From Candidatus Brocadiales bacterium (lineage in GTDB: Bacteria; Planctomycetota; Brocadiia; Brocadiales; Bathyanammoxibiaceae), in assembly GCA_035283825.1 (NCBI GenBank), contig DATETB010000217.1, positions 1 through 32,428 on the forward strand: 32,428 nt of DNA, written 5' to 3'. This document shows, one piece after another, positions 14,888 to 23,053 of this stretch. A program made the translations under genes and the position numbers. A model generated the notes under the pieces. The model made no database searches, was not told the origin of the DNA, and saw nothing but the letters and a program-made list of their open reading frames with translations. The stretch's first letter is position 1; each line of letters opens with the position of its first letter.

Positions 14888-15594
14888 AACTGACAACTGA
14901 CAGCCGACCCCAGGAGTATCTCAAGACTCCTCTCACCTTCATTAAATAGGAGGTCAATAGTGGACATGTTGGGCATAAAAGGCTCGTGGACCTGCCTGTA
15001 TTTGGGGTGAGGAAATTCCTGGAACAGGCACTCTATTCCCTTTTCCCGCATCTGGTTGACGTCCACATAGTCTTTCCCATGCATACCGTACAAGTGTTTG
15101 TCAGCACCCAACTTTTCACACATGTCTATGACGAATTCTGCGCCCTTCCCCTCAATCCCTAAGGTAGAGGCCTTGAGGACCCTGGTCTTTATGCCCAATG
15201 CCTCTTTTATATAGAGTATCAGGGCCTCGTTCAGGTCTGACAATCTTTCCCACTCTCTATTATAGGTCTCGTGGAAGAAATCGGCGTATCTGTTAAAATA
15301 GGGGGCCTTCTGGTAGTTAAGCCACATAGATTTCCAGTGCTTTCGCCTCCAGTGGATGGTGTTATTGACGTAGACGTCTATAATCTTCTGGGTGGACTTC
15401 CCCTTGGTGAGGACTGGAACGGTGAGCCACATCCATCCTTCCTGTGTGCGGATCCTGTTGCGGTTCATCCACCCAAAGAGGCCGCCCTTCACGAATTGTA
15501 CGTCGTCCATGAGAACAAAGGTATCGCATAGGGTCATCTTATGGAAGAACCCGGAATAAGGAAGATAATTGGGCTGGTGCCCTGCTATCATCAT
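14884..15594 (-). CDS. WbqC family protein
   Basis: 236 aa. N-terminal IAGHQPNYLPYSGFFHKM is characteristic of WbqC-like proteins. ATGA overlap with the upstream DegT gene. Confidence 0.75.
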   Translation of the reverse strand: MMIAGHQPNYLPYSGFFHKMTLCDTFVLMDDVQFVKGGLFGWMNRNRIRTQEGWMWLTVPVLTKGKSTQKIIDVYVNNTIHWRRKHWKSMWLNYQKAPYFNRYADFFHETYNREWERLSDLNEALILYIKEALGIKTRVLKASTLGIEGKGAEFVIDMCEKLGADKHLYGMHGKDYVDVNQMREKGIECLFQEFPHPKYRQVHEPFMPNMSTIDLLFNEGERSLEILLGSAVSCQL

Positions 15595-16667
15595 GACCCC
15601 GAAAACACCTCCCCAACGTTCCTGGCTACGTATTCCACCTGTTCCTGTCTCAGGGAGGGGTAAATGGGTATGGAGACCAGGGTACGGTGGGCCTCCTCCG
15701 CATTGGGGAACTCCCCATTGTCCAGGTGTAGGTACTGGTGAAGGGGCTTGAAGACGGGCCTCTTGGATTCTACCCCCCTGGCCTCCAGACTCTTAATTGT
15801 TTCCTCTACGGTCTGCCTTGTCTTGAGGACGTACCTGTAAAAGGCGTGGGTAGAACCCTCCCTCCTGTAGGGTATTTCCAGACCATAATCCTTTAGTATC
15901 CTGTCGTAGGTAGCCGCTATCTCACGTCTCCTTGAGATAAAGTAGTCTAACTTTTGCATCTGGCTCAGTCCCATGGCGGCTTCTATGTCCGTCATCCTGT
16001 AGTTGTATCTTACCTGATAATCCTCTCTCTCGTCATACTCTCTGAGGTCCCTTGCCTTTTCCATCAGGGTGGAGGAATTGGAGGCAAGCATGCCCCCGTG
16101 TCCTGTGGCAATCATCTTGGTGGCGTAAAAGGAGAAGATGGAGGCCGTCCCCAGGCCTCCCAACCTCCTTCCCACCCCGGAGGGGTCCGCCTTAGGCGGA
16201 CCGCCAAGGCTATGGGCACAGTCCTCAATAATTGGAATTTCCAACTCTAACAGACTATTTACGTCAGCAGACTGACCAAAGGTATGGACGACAATAAGGG
16301 CCTTTGTCTTTGGATTGGCCTGCTTCTTGACTTCTTTTAGGTCTATATTCAGGTCTTGCCCATCTACGTCAACCACCCTGGGCGTGGCCCCCACGTAGAG
16401 GATGGGGTTGAGCACTGCCGTGCATACGTAACTGGGGACGATGACCTCGTCCCTTGTCCCTACGCCCATGGCCAGGAGCAGGAGGTGCAAGGCCGATGAA
16501 CCGGAGTTGGTGGCGAGGGTATGCTCCACCCCCAGATAGTCCTTAAATACCCCCTCCAGCTCCTCCACCTTCGGTCCCTGGGCAATGTAGTTGGAGCTAA
16601 GCACTTCCCTTACCATGTCTAACTCCTCTTTCTCTAACGTGGGCAAGGAGTGAGGTATCTTCCTCAT
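15591..16667 (-). CDS. DegT/DnrJ/EryC1/StrS-family PLP-dependent sugar aminotransferase
   Basis: IEDCAHSLG...FSFYATKMI contains the PLP-Lys region. I prefer ATG 16667, which gives an ATGA overlap with the PIG-L stop and N-terminus MRKIPHSLPTLEKEE. The track start is GTG 16685. Confidence 0.85.
   Translation of the reverse strand: MRKIPHSLPTLEKEELDMVREVLSSNYIAQGPKVEELEGVFKDYLGVEHTLATNSGSSALHLLLLAMGVGTRDEVIVPSYVCTAVLNPILYVGATPRVVDVDGQDLNIDLKEVKKQANPKTKALIVVHTFGQSADVNSLLELEIPIIEDCAHSLGGPPKADPSGVGRRLGGLGTASIFSFYATKMIATGHGGMLASNSSTLMEKARDLREYDEREDYQVRYNYRMTDIEAAMGLSQMQKLDYFISRRREIAATYDRILKDYGLEIPYRREGSTHAFYRYVLKTRQTVEETIKSLEARGVESKRPVFKPLHQYLHLDNGEFPNAEEAHRTLVSIPIYPSLRQEQVEYVARNVGEVFSGS
16187..16199. 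repeat. CCGCCTTAGGCGG palindrome in frame within the DegT CDS
   Basis: Extended palindrome GGTCCGCCTTAGGCGGACC at 16184-16202, read as G-P-P-K-A-D-P. Confidence 0.85.
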
Positions 16668-17386
16668 ATTACCATGCGATAACACACGAAGGCCTCGGCG
16701 GCCTCTACAGCTATCTCGCTCCCCCGCAGTCTTGCCAGCCTTTCTATGTTTTCCAGACTATAATTATGATTGGGCTCCTTCAACTGGGAACGGTGACACC
16801 TTATTGCCCCCAGTTTTTTGTCCAGGTACCGGGATATGTCTACGTAGAGGTTAGGTTGAAAGACCTTGTCTGAACTCCAGCACAGGGTGGGGCATTCGTA
16901 AGAGACGACTACTTGCTGGAAGGCCTTGTATTGGGGCAGGGCTGGGCGGCACGCCGTAAACCCTGCATAAAACACGGCGGCATGGTCCTGGTTATATGAG
17001 GGTGCGGGGAGGGCTATCATGGTGGGGCTTATCTTGTCTATAGAAACACTGCTCTCCCTCTCTATCACGCTTACCAGGTCTCGTCTGGGGATGGCGTCAA
17101 GACGGAGGTATTTCTCGTCGTCCGTGTAGACTATGTCATAACCGTCCAGTTTCAGGAATTCTGCCGCCGCCAGAAACTCGTCCTTCCGTATCTGCGCCGG
17201 GACTACGCCGTCCACCCCATAGTGCTTCAGACTCCCAATGGACATCACCATGACATAGACCTCTCCACCCATGTCCTTTATCTTGGCTATAAGGCCCGCG
17301 CACCCCAGAGACTCGTCGTCCGAATGGGCGGCTAGTACCAGGAGTCTCTGCCTTGACAGCAATTTTTCGGCCAGGTCTTTGTGCAT
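16664..17386 (-). CDS. PIG-L/LmbE-family N-acetyl-sugar deacetylase
   Basis: 240 aa. LVLAAHSDDESLGCAG matches the AHPDDE-type motif. Confidence 0.85.
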   Translation of the reverse strand: MHKDLAEKLLSRQRLLVLAAHSDDESLGCAGLIAKIKDMGGEVYVMVMSIGSLKHYGVDGVVPAQIRKDEFLAAAEFLKLDGYDIVYTDDEKYLRLDAIPRRDLVSVIERESSVSIDKISPTMIALPAPSYNQDHAAVFYAGFTACRPALPQYKAFQQVVVSYECPTLCWSSDKVFQPNLYVDISRYLDKKLGAIRCHRSQLKEPNHNYSLENIERLARLRGSEIAVEAAEAFVCYRMVI

Positions 17387-17620
17387 TTGGCTAGTAAATT
17401 GCCTTTTTATTGGAAGTTAGTGCATTATAATTATTACTACAAGGGCCATCTTTAAGCAAAATCTACCCCCACCCCGTATCTTTCGTAAGTGTCAGATGTT
17501 ATTAGTTTACAGGAAAAATTTTATCTATTCAACAGGTTTGTTTTTAGAAATATGGATGATACAACTCAGGCGGATTATCTGTATCTATACACAGTACACA
17601 AAATTTATGCCAAGAAGAAA

Positions 17621-17648
17621 TTGACAAAGCGATTTTATCGGTTAATCT
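17621..17648 (+). promoter_or_regulatory. candidate sigma70-type promoter TTGACA-16 nt-TAATCT
   Basis: Lies in the AT-rich 400-nt divergent intergenic region, about 140 nt upstream of ATG 17787. Sequence match only. Confidence 0.3.
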
Positions 17649-17673
17649 AACCGCTAGGGTGGCGTCTTGATTA

Positions 17674-17689
17674 GGGGTCAGGGGTCAGG
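17674..17689. repeat. heptamer array GGGGTCA x2 (complement of CCCTGAC type)
   Basis: GGGGTCA GGGGTCA GG directly abutting the hairpin at 17691. Confidence 0.75.
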
Positions 17690-17690
17690 T

Positions 17691-17713
17691 GTAGCCGCAG
17701 GCTTTAGCCTGCG
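17691..17713 (+). repeat. GTAGCCGCAGGCTTTAGCCTGCG hairpin element, copy 1
   Basis: CGCAGGCT-TT-AGCCTGCG stem. An identical 23-mer is at 21045-21067 and the inverse at 26463-26485. TGCGGCTAC at 17766-17774 can pair with the GTAGCCGCA head. Confidence 0.85.
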
Positions 17714-17735
17714 AAATGAACGCAACCTAAAGTCA

Positions 17736-17762
17736 CGCCTTAGGCGGATCCGCCTCTGGCGG
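17736..17762. repeat. tandem palindromes CGCCTTAGGCG and CCGCCTCTGGCGG
   Basis: The same pair arrangement recurs at 21002-21027. Confidence 0.8.
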
Positions 17763-17786
17763 AGTTGCGGCTACTGATATACCCTT

Positions 17787-18638
17787 ATGGTCAAGAAACA
17801 GACCGATGAAACCAACCCTTCGGCAGGCTCAGGGCAGACCCTGCACCGTTCTGGTGCAGGGCAGAGCTTTATAAAATTCCTGGGTACGGCTGGGGCCCGT
17901 TTTGTGGTATCCACCCAGCTAAGGGCCTCTGGAGGGATATGGTTCTCACTGGATGGGGTAAACATCCTTGGTGACCCGGGCCCAGGGTGTCTCGTCCGCT
18001 GTACGACCAGCAGACCGAAGATGAACCCTGCAGGACTTGATGCTATAATATTAACCCACAGGCACCTGGACCACTGTGGCGATGTCAACATCATGATAGA
18101 GGCAATGACTGAGGGCGGCACAAAAAAGAGGGGTGCACTCTTTGCCCCACAACAGGCCCTGGAGGATGACCCTGTGGTCTTTCAGTACGTAAGGAAATTC
18201 TTGCCCAGGCTGGAGGTGCTTAAAGAAGGAGGCACTTACCAGTTAGACGGTATATCCTTTTCCACCCCCGTCAGACACCAGCACCCTGCGGAGACCTACG
18301 GGGTAAACTTCAAGACCTCACTGGGGACTATCTCCTGGATGGTGGACACCGCCTTCTTCCCTGAGTTGTTAAAACACTACAGGGGAGACGTACTGATACT
18401 CCATTCCGTCAGATACAAGGACGAAAATGATAAAGAAAAAGGGATTTATCATCTAAACATGGAGGATATAAAAAATATAGTCAACGAACTTCGTCCCCGT
18501 GTCACCCTCCTTACCCATTTTGGCATGACAATGCTGCGGGCCAGGCCCCATGAGCTTGCAGGGAGGCTTTCAGAGGAGACGGGGTGCAGGGTGATAGCCG
18601 CCAGCGACGGGATGAGGTTTGAATTAGCAGGGGTCTGA
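17787..18638 (+). CDS. MBL-fold metallo-hydrolase
   Basis: 283 aa with the THRHLDHCGD (HxHxDH) motif. Confidence 0.8.
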   Translation: MVKKQTDETNPSAGSGQTLHRSGAGQSFIKFLGTAGARFVVSTQLRASGGIWFSLDGVNILGDPGPGCLVRCTTSRPKMNPAGLDAIILTHRHLDHCGDVNIMIEAMTEGGTKKRGALFAPQQALEDDPVVFQYVRKFLPRLEVLKEGGTYQLDGISFSTPVRHQHPAETYGVNFKTSLGTISWMVDTAFFPELLKHYRGDVLILHSVRYKDENDKEKGIYHLNMEDIKNIVNELRPRVTLLTHFGMTMLRARPHELAGRLSEETGCRVIAASDGMRFELAGV

Positions 18639-18653
18639 AAATCCACTAATAAG

Positions 18654-20984
18654 ATGACTACCCTTTATACATTCCTTGCCGCAGTTACCCTGCCAGAAGA
18701 GGGCCTTGAACTGGGGACCCCCCGCTCACTCCCACATATTTCCATCCCTCACAGTCTGAAACTCCTGTACGGCCTGGCAAAGGCACACCCGCAGTACGTG
18801 GTGGCCTTCCTGCTGATTGCGGCCATAGGTATCATTATAGGAATAGCCATTGGAGTAGCCAGGGGGCGAGTGAAGAGATTAAAGCGGCTGGCCCTCTTTA
18901 AACCTGTGTCCAGACTGGCCCCCGCTGACCTGGGCATTGAAAATTATCTGGGCCAGGGGTGTTACATAAGGAGGGAAAGCGACGATACCCTGGCAGGTTT
19001 CTTGGAAGAAGGGGTGTCGGCTATCCTTGTCGTAGGAAAGACAGGCTCAGGAAAGACCCGTACGGCCTTTGAGGCCCTGAAAGGTGGCAGGGCTGCCCCT
19101 ACCGCTCATATAGAGGCACATGGCAGGGTCTTGCCTGATAAAGGAAAAGAAGACTACTACATACTAGCCCCCAGGCCCAGACTGACTTCCTTGAGAGAAC
19201 TCTCGGTGCCTGGGTTGTCCAGGAAGAGGATTGTCCTGTTCCTGGACGACCTCCCCAGGTATATCAAGAAACTAGACGCAGCAGGGTTATTCAGACAAAT
19301 GGAAGGGAAGGCAAAGGGGCTAGTGCTCCTTGCCACATGCCCGCCCGATAAGCTTCCACTCCTGGAAAGAGAAGCACCTGAGTTCCTGCGCCTCTTCAGG
19401 CCCAAGAACCGTATCTCCTTGAGGGACCTTGCCCCTGCCGAACAAAAGTCCCTTGCCAGTACCCTGGGCCGTGACGAGACAACCTCCCTGGCCAACGCAA
19501 CACCCGCCTCTCTCGCCCTGAATCTGGCCGAAATGAAAGAGCGATACAAAGACTCCGGGGATGCCAGGCTGATTATCCACTCCCTGCTCCTCCTGCACGG
19601 GGCATTTATATCTACCTGTCGTGAGTCCCTGGTAAGGGAGGTCTGTGGACGGGTCTTTAACAAGACGTTCTCACGCTCCCAGTGGAAGGCCGCCTTGAAG
19701 GGATTAATTGCCAGGGGCCTTATGGCAAGAGGCCGTACACCCAACAAAGAGGGCACACTGGAGATTTACGAGGGGTACCTGGAAGAAGGGTTCGTAGACG
19801 ACTATGCCCCCAGGGAAGAGGATATGGACGCCTTGCAGGAAGTCTTGCTCAAATCAAGGGACTGGGAGGGGTTGTTTTCCATAGGGGTGTACCGCAGCAC
19901 CAAGGGGCAGTGGGAAAAGGCCCTCCAGGTACTGGAAAGGGCCGTTGAGGTGAACCCCCATTCCGGTGAGATACGCTATCTCCTCGGTGAGGCCCATCAG
20001 CGGACAGGCATGACAGAAAAGGCCCTGGAGGCCTATAAAGAGGTAGTAAGACTGGACAAACGTAATCCGAAGGCCCTCTATGCCCTTGGGACTATCTACA
20101 ACGAGATGTATATGATAAAGGAGGCCGTAGAGGCCCTGAGGCGGGTCGTACTACTGGACCCCAATCACTCCGGCGCCTGTTTTCAGTTAGCCATGGCCTT
20201 TGAGAAGGCCGGTATGATAGAGGAATGCCTGGCAATGCTACGGGAGGCCACAAGTATTGACCCTAATTACACCGAGGCCCATCGTTATCTGGCGGGCCTG
20301 TATCAGAAGAGGGGACAGTACGGAGAGGCCCTACAGGAATACAGGGAGTTAGCCAGGATAAACCCTGATGACGAGGAGGCACACCTTGTACTGGCTACGG
20401 CCTACAATAAAATCGGCAGGGTAAATGAGGCCGTAACGGAGTTAAAGGAACTCATCAGGATAAACCCCGCCAACCTCAAGGCCCATTACACCCTGGCCCT
20501 AAGCTACTATAAGAAAGGCATGCTGGAGGAGGCCATCAAGGAGTTCAAAGCCGTGCTCATCCTTAGCCCTAAGGACCACAGTGCCCGCTCTAACCTGGCC
20601 CTGTCCTACTCCAAGAAGAACCTGTTAGACGAGGCCATAGAGGAATACAAGGAGATACTACGCCTGAGGCCCCAGGAGATAGGGGCCTGCTACAACCTGG
20701 CCCAGACCTATGAAAAGAAGGGGTACGGGGAGGAGGCCGTGGCAAGGTATAAAGAGGTGATTGGGCTTAACCCCGAACATGCCGAGGCCCACTATAGGCT
20801 GGCCTTAATCAATCTAAAGGGTGAGTTACTGGAAGAGGCCATGCACGGGTTCAGAGATGTGATAAGGCTGAGGCCCACCCACGCTATGGCACACGGCCAG
20901 CTCGCCATGGTTTACCAGAAGATTGGCCTCATGGCAGAGGCAAGACGGGAGTATAGACTGTATACACAACTTAAGACCCGCTAG
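18654..20984 (+). CDS. membrane-anchored P-loop NTPase fused to a long TPR array
   Basis: 776 aa. TM helix YVVAFLLIAAIGIIIGIAIGVA. Walker A VVGKTGSGKTRT and Walker B-like IVLFLDDL. At least 10 TPR units in the C-terminal ~370 aa (repeating A..Y..A/L...P motifs). Confidence 0.75.
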   Translation: MTTLYTFLAAVTLPEEGLELGTPRSLPHISIPHSLKLLYGLAKAHPQYVVAFLLIAAIGIIIGIAIGVARGRVKRLKRLALFKPVSRLAPADLGIENYLGQGCYIRRESDDTLAGFLEEGVSAILVVGKTGSGKTRTAFEALKGGRAAPTAHIEAHGRVLPDKGKEDYYILAPRPRLTSLRELSVPGLSRKRIVLFLDDLPRYIKKLDAAGLFRQMEGKAKGLVLLATCPPDKLPLLEREAPEFLRLFRPKNRISLRDLAPAEQKSLASTLGRDETTSLANATPASLALNLAEMKERYKDSGDARLIIHSLLLLHGAFISTCRESLVREVCGRVFNKTFSRSQWKAALKGLIARGLMARGRTPNKEGTLEIYEGYLEEGFVDDYAPREEDMDALQEVLLKSRDWEGLFSIGVYRSTKGQWEKALQVLERAVEVNPHSGEIRYLLGEAHQRTGMTEKALEAYKEVVRLDKRNPKALYALGTIYNEMYMIKEAVEALRRVVLLDPNHSGACFQLAMAFEKAGMIEECLAMLREATSIDPNYTEAHRYLAGLYQKRGQYGEALQEYRELARINPDDEEAHLVLATAYNKIGRVNEAVTELKELIRINPANLKAHYTLALSYYKKGMLEEAIKEFKAVLILSPKDHSARSNLALSYSKKNLLDEAIEEYKEILRLRPQEIGACYNLAQTYEKKGYGEEAVARYKEVIGLNPEHAEAHYRLALINLKGELLEEAMHGFRDVIRLRPTHAMAHGQLAMVYQKIGLMAEARREYRLYTQLKTR

Positions 20985-21002
20985 CTGAAAGTCCTGAAAG
21001 TC
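20985..21002. repeat. CTGAAAGTC x2 tandem repeat
   Basis: Two exact 9-mers straight after the TAG stop. Shares the AAAGTCC word with the array at 23874. Confidence 0.7.
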
Positions 21003-21027
21003 CGCCTCAGGAGGACGCCTCTGGCGG
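21002..21027. repeat. tandem palindromes CCGCCTCAGGAGG (degenerate) and CGCCTCTGGCG
   Basis: Same arrangement as 17736-17762. Confidence 0.75.
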
Positions 21028-21044
21028 GAACAAAGACAGACACT

Positions 21045-21067
21045 GTAGCCGCAGGCTTTAGCCTGCG
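21045..21067 (+). repeat. GTAGCCGCAGGCTTTAGCCTGCG hairpin element, copy 2
   Basis: Identical 23-mer to 17691-17713. Confidence 0.85.
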
Positions 21068-21083
21068 TGAACAGGGGAACGAG

Positions 21084-21353
21084 ATGAAGAGTATAGGCGA
21101 AGTTTCCCAAAGGCTTTCTGTTTATCAGGCTAGTTGTCCTCAGACTGAACCGGTCTACATTGAAATCTTGCGGAAAATGGGGGGAGAAAAAAGGCTAAGG
21201 GTTGCCCTGGAACTCTACGAAATAGCACTTAATTTGGCAAGACAAAATATATTAGAAAAGTACCCGGATATTACAGAGGAAGAACTCAAAAGGAAAATCT
21301 TTGAAAGATTTGGTTATGATACAGGAAGACTTGCTGGTAAAAGTAATAGATAG
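21084..21353 (+). CDS. hypothetical small protein, upstream partner of the nucleotidyltransferase-fold protein
   Basis: 89-aa ORF that overlaps the next gene. I recognise no family. Confidence 0.45.
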   Translation: MKSIGEVSQRLSVYQASCPQTEPVYIEILRKMGGEKRLRVALELYEIALNLARQNILEKYPDITEEELKRKIFERFGYDTGRLAGKSNR

Positions 21354-21876
21354 ACTAAACCAGGTGAATATTCCATACATGATTACCGGCGGGATTGCTA
21401 CCATCTTCTACGGAAGACCTAGACTGACCCATGATTTTGACATTGTAATAGATGTGGGCCCTGAGCAAATACAAAGGCTTATAGACACCTTTGGAGAAGA
21501 GTTTTATGTAAGCAAAGAGGCCGTCAAGGAGGCCATGGATAGACACAGTATGTTTAACTTGATACACCTGGACTCTGGAATAAAGGTGGATTTCTGGATG
21601 CTTCAGGATGACCCATTTGACAGGAGGAGATTTGGACGAAGACAAAGACACGCCTATTCAGGAAGGGAGAGTGTCTTTTCTTCACCTGAGGATGTGGTTC
21701 TTAAAAAGCTTCTATGGTTTAAAGAGACAGAGGCAGAAAGACACCTTGTAGACGCCCTTGGGGTCCTGGAAGTCCAGCAAGACCTGGACGTGGCCTATCT
21801 CAAGGAGTGGGCGGAGAGACTGACCATTAAGGACTTACTAAACGAACTGTTGAAGAAGGTAGGAAAAGAGGACTAA
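21316..21876 (+). CDS. nucleotidyltransferase-fold protein (MNT/AbiEii-like), possible toxin-antitoxin component
   Basis: MITGGIATIFYGRPRLTHDFDIVID resembles the G..A...YG..R.T.D.D core of minimal nucleotidyltransferases. I prefer ATG 21316 to the track's TTG 21301. Confidence 0.5.
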   Translation: MIQEDLLVKVIDRLNQVNIPYMITGGIATIFYGRPRLTHDFDIVIDVGPEQIQRLIDTFGEEFYVSKEAVKEAMDRHSMFNLIHLDSGIKVDFWMLQDDPFDRRRFGRRQRHAYSGRESVFSSPEDVVLKKLLWFKETEAERHLVDALGVLEVQQDLDVAYLKEWAERLTIKDLLNELLKKVGKED

Positions 21877-21882
21877 GAGGTT

Positions 21883-21893
21883 CGCCTCAGGCG
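21883..21893. repeat. CGCCTCAGGCG palindrome
   Basis: TTCGCCTCAGGCGGAC, followed by hairpin GCCCTGTA-N10-TACAGGGC at 21909-21934. Confidence 0.8.
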
Positions 21894-21985
21894 GACTTGA
21901 CAGCCCTGGCCCTGTACCGTTTCTGATACAGGGCTGGTGGGCCTTGATAGTCTCCCTCTGGTTTCCACAAGCTAATCAATCTCAG

Positions 21986-22315
21986 ATGTTAAAAGGCGTG
22001 AGCTATATCCTCAAAAAACTGGACGAAGGCTGGGGGAAGCTGAGGCGGTTCTACCTGGTCCACTACAGGAAGGACTACGTCCGGAGCCAGTTAGCCCTCA
22101 GGAGGGGAGAGTGCCGGCGGTGCGGGAGCTGTTGTCGTCTCATGTTCAGATGCCCACACCTGGGGGGAGAAAATCAGTGTAACATATATACCTGCCGCTA
22201 CAAACAGTGCATAGCCTTCCCTATTGATGACCGAGACCTAAAATATCTACGCCATACCTGTGGGCACCATTTTGTAAATTCAAGAGAAGTGGAAAAGGCC
22301 GAAGCAGTAAGATGA
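21986..22315 (+). CDS. small YkgJ-type CxxCxxCC Cys-rich protein, translationally coupled to psd
   Basis: CRRCGSCC ... CPHLGGENQCNIYTCRYKQCIAFP. I prefer ATG 21986 to the track's TTG 21944. ATGA overlap with psd. Confidence 0.55.
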   Translation: MLKGVSYILKKLDEGWGKLRRFYLVHYRKDYVRSQLALRRGECRRCGSCCRLMFRCPHLGGENQCNIYTCRYKQCIAFPIDDRDLKYLRHTCGHHFVNSREVEKAEAVR

Positions 22316-22977
22316 AACTCCCCATCTCCAGATACGGTCTGAGAGAGGTACTTCTCTTCACTTCCCTCTTGTCCCTACTGTTTTTACTATCCCTTTATTT
22401 CCTTCCCCCTACCTCCTTAAAGATAGCAGTCCCCCTCTTCCTCACGGCCATTGCCTTTGTCTTTTACTTCTTCCGCGACCCGGAGAGGCCAATCCTTAGA
22501 GACGAAAGGAAACTCCTTGCCCCTGCCGATGGCAGGGTGATGGAGATAGCCTTAGTAGAAGAAAAGGAGTTTCTCCATAAAGAGGCCACGAAGATTAGCA
22601 TCTTCATGTCCATCTTTGACGTCCATGTGAACCGTGTACCCTGTAGTGGCAGGGTGGAGTACCTCAGGCACCAGGAGGGGCGTTTCCTGGATGCCCGCAG
22701 GAAGGAGGCCTCCCTGGAGAACGAGTGTAATTTTATAGGGTTAGTAGCGGACGGGGGCAGGCGTTTCCTTGTGAAACAGGTGGCGGGTATAATTGCCAGA
22801 CGGATTGTGTGCCCGCTCTCTACCGGAGACTATCTGGAACAGGGACAGCGCTTCGGCATGATAAAATTTGGCTCCCGGGCAGAGGTCTTTATCCCCAAAG
22901 AAATACCATGCAAGGTACTGGTAAAGGAAGGGCAAAAGGTAAAGGCCGGGCTGACCGTCCTGGCTGAGCTGGGTTAA
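22312..22977 (+). CDS. psd: phosphatidylserine decarboxylase proenzyme, short (archaetidylserine-type) form
   Basis: 221 aa. N-terminal TM segments. The FGSR self-cleavage motif sits in MIKFGSRAEVFIP. Confidence 0.85.
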   Translation: MKLPISRYGLREVLLFTSLLSLLFLLSLYFLPPTSLKIAVPLFLTAIAFVFYFFRDPERPILRDERKLLAPADGRVMEIALVEEKEFLHKEATKISIFMSIFDVHVNRVPCSGRVEYLRHQEGRFLDARRKEASLENECNFIGLVADGGRRFLVKQVAGIIARRIVCPLSTGDYLEQGQRFGMIKFGSRAEVFIPKEIPCKVLVKEGQKVKAGLTVLAELG

Positions 22978-22982
22978 GACCT

Positions 22983-23041
22983 GTAGGGGCGTATTGTTCG
23001 CCACAGGCGAATCTGCCTCAGGCACGACAATACGCCCCTAC
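22983..23041. repeat. REP-like hairpin GTAGGGGCGTATTGT...ACAATACGCCCCTAC with a large loop
   Basis: 15-bp outer stem. The loop contains TGCCTCAGGCA. Lies between psd and the SDR gene. Confidence 0.8.
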
Positions 23042-23053
23042 CAGGAGGTTAAA

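Noticed and set aside
17552-17650. 32-aa ORF (MDDTTQADYLYLYTVHKIYAKKKLTKRFYRLI) in the 400-nt divergent intergenic region
   Set aside because: It has no Shine-Dalgarno, it overlaps the candidate promoter and a half palindrome, and I recognise no motif.
22994-23053. N-terminal extensions proposed by the ORF track for the SDR (22994), rsmA (26551), the OMP (2635) and the precursor (11233)
   Set aside because: The extra codons run through REP-like hairpins or lack an SD. Downstream ATG or GTG codons have good SD spacing and give canonical N-termini.
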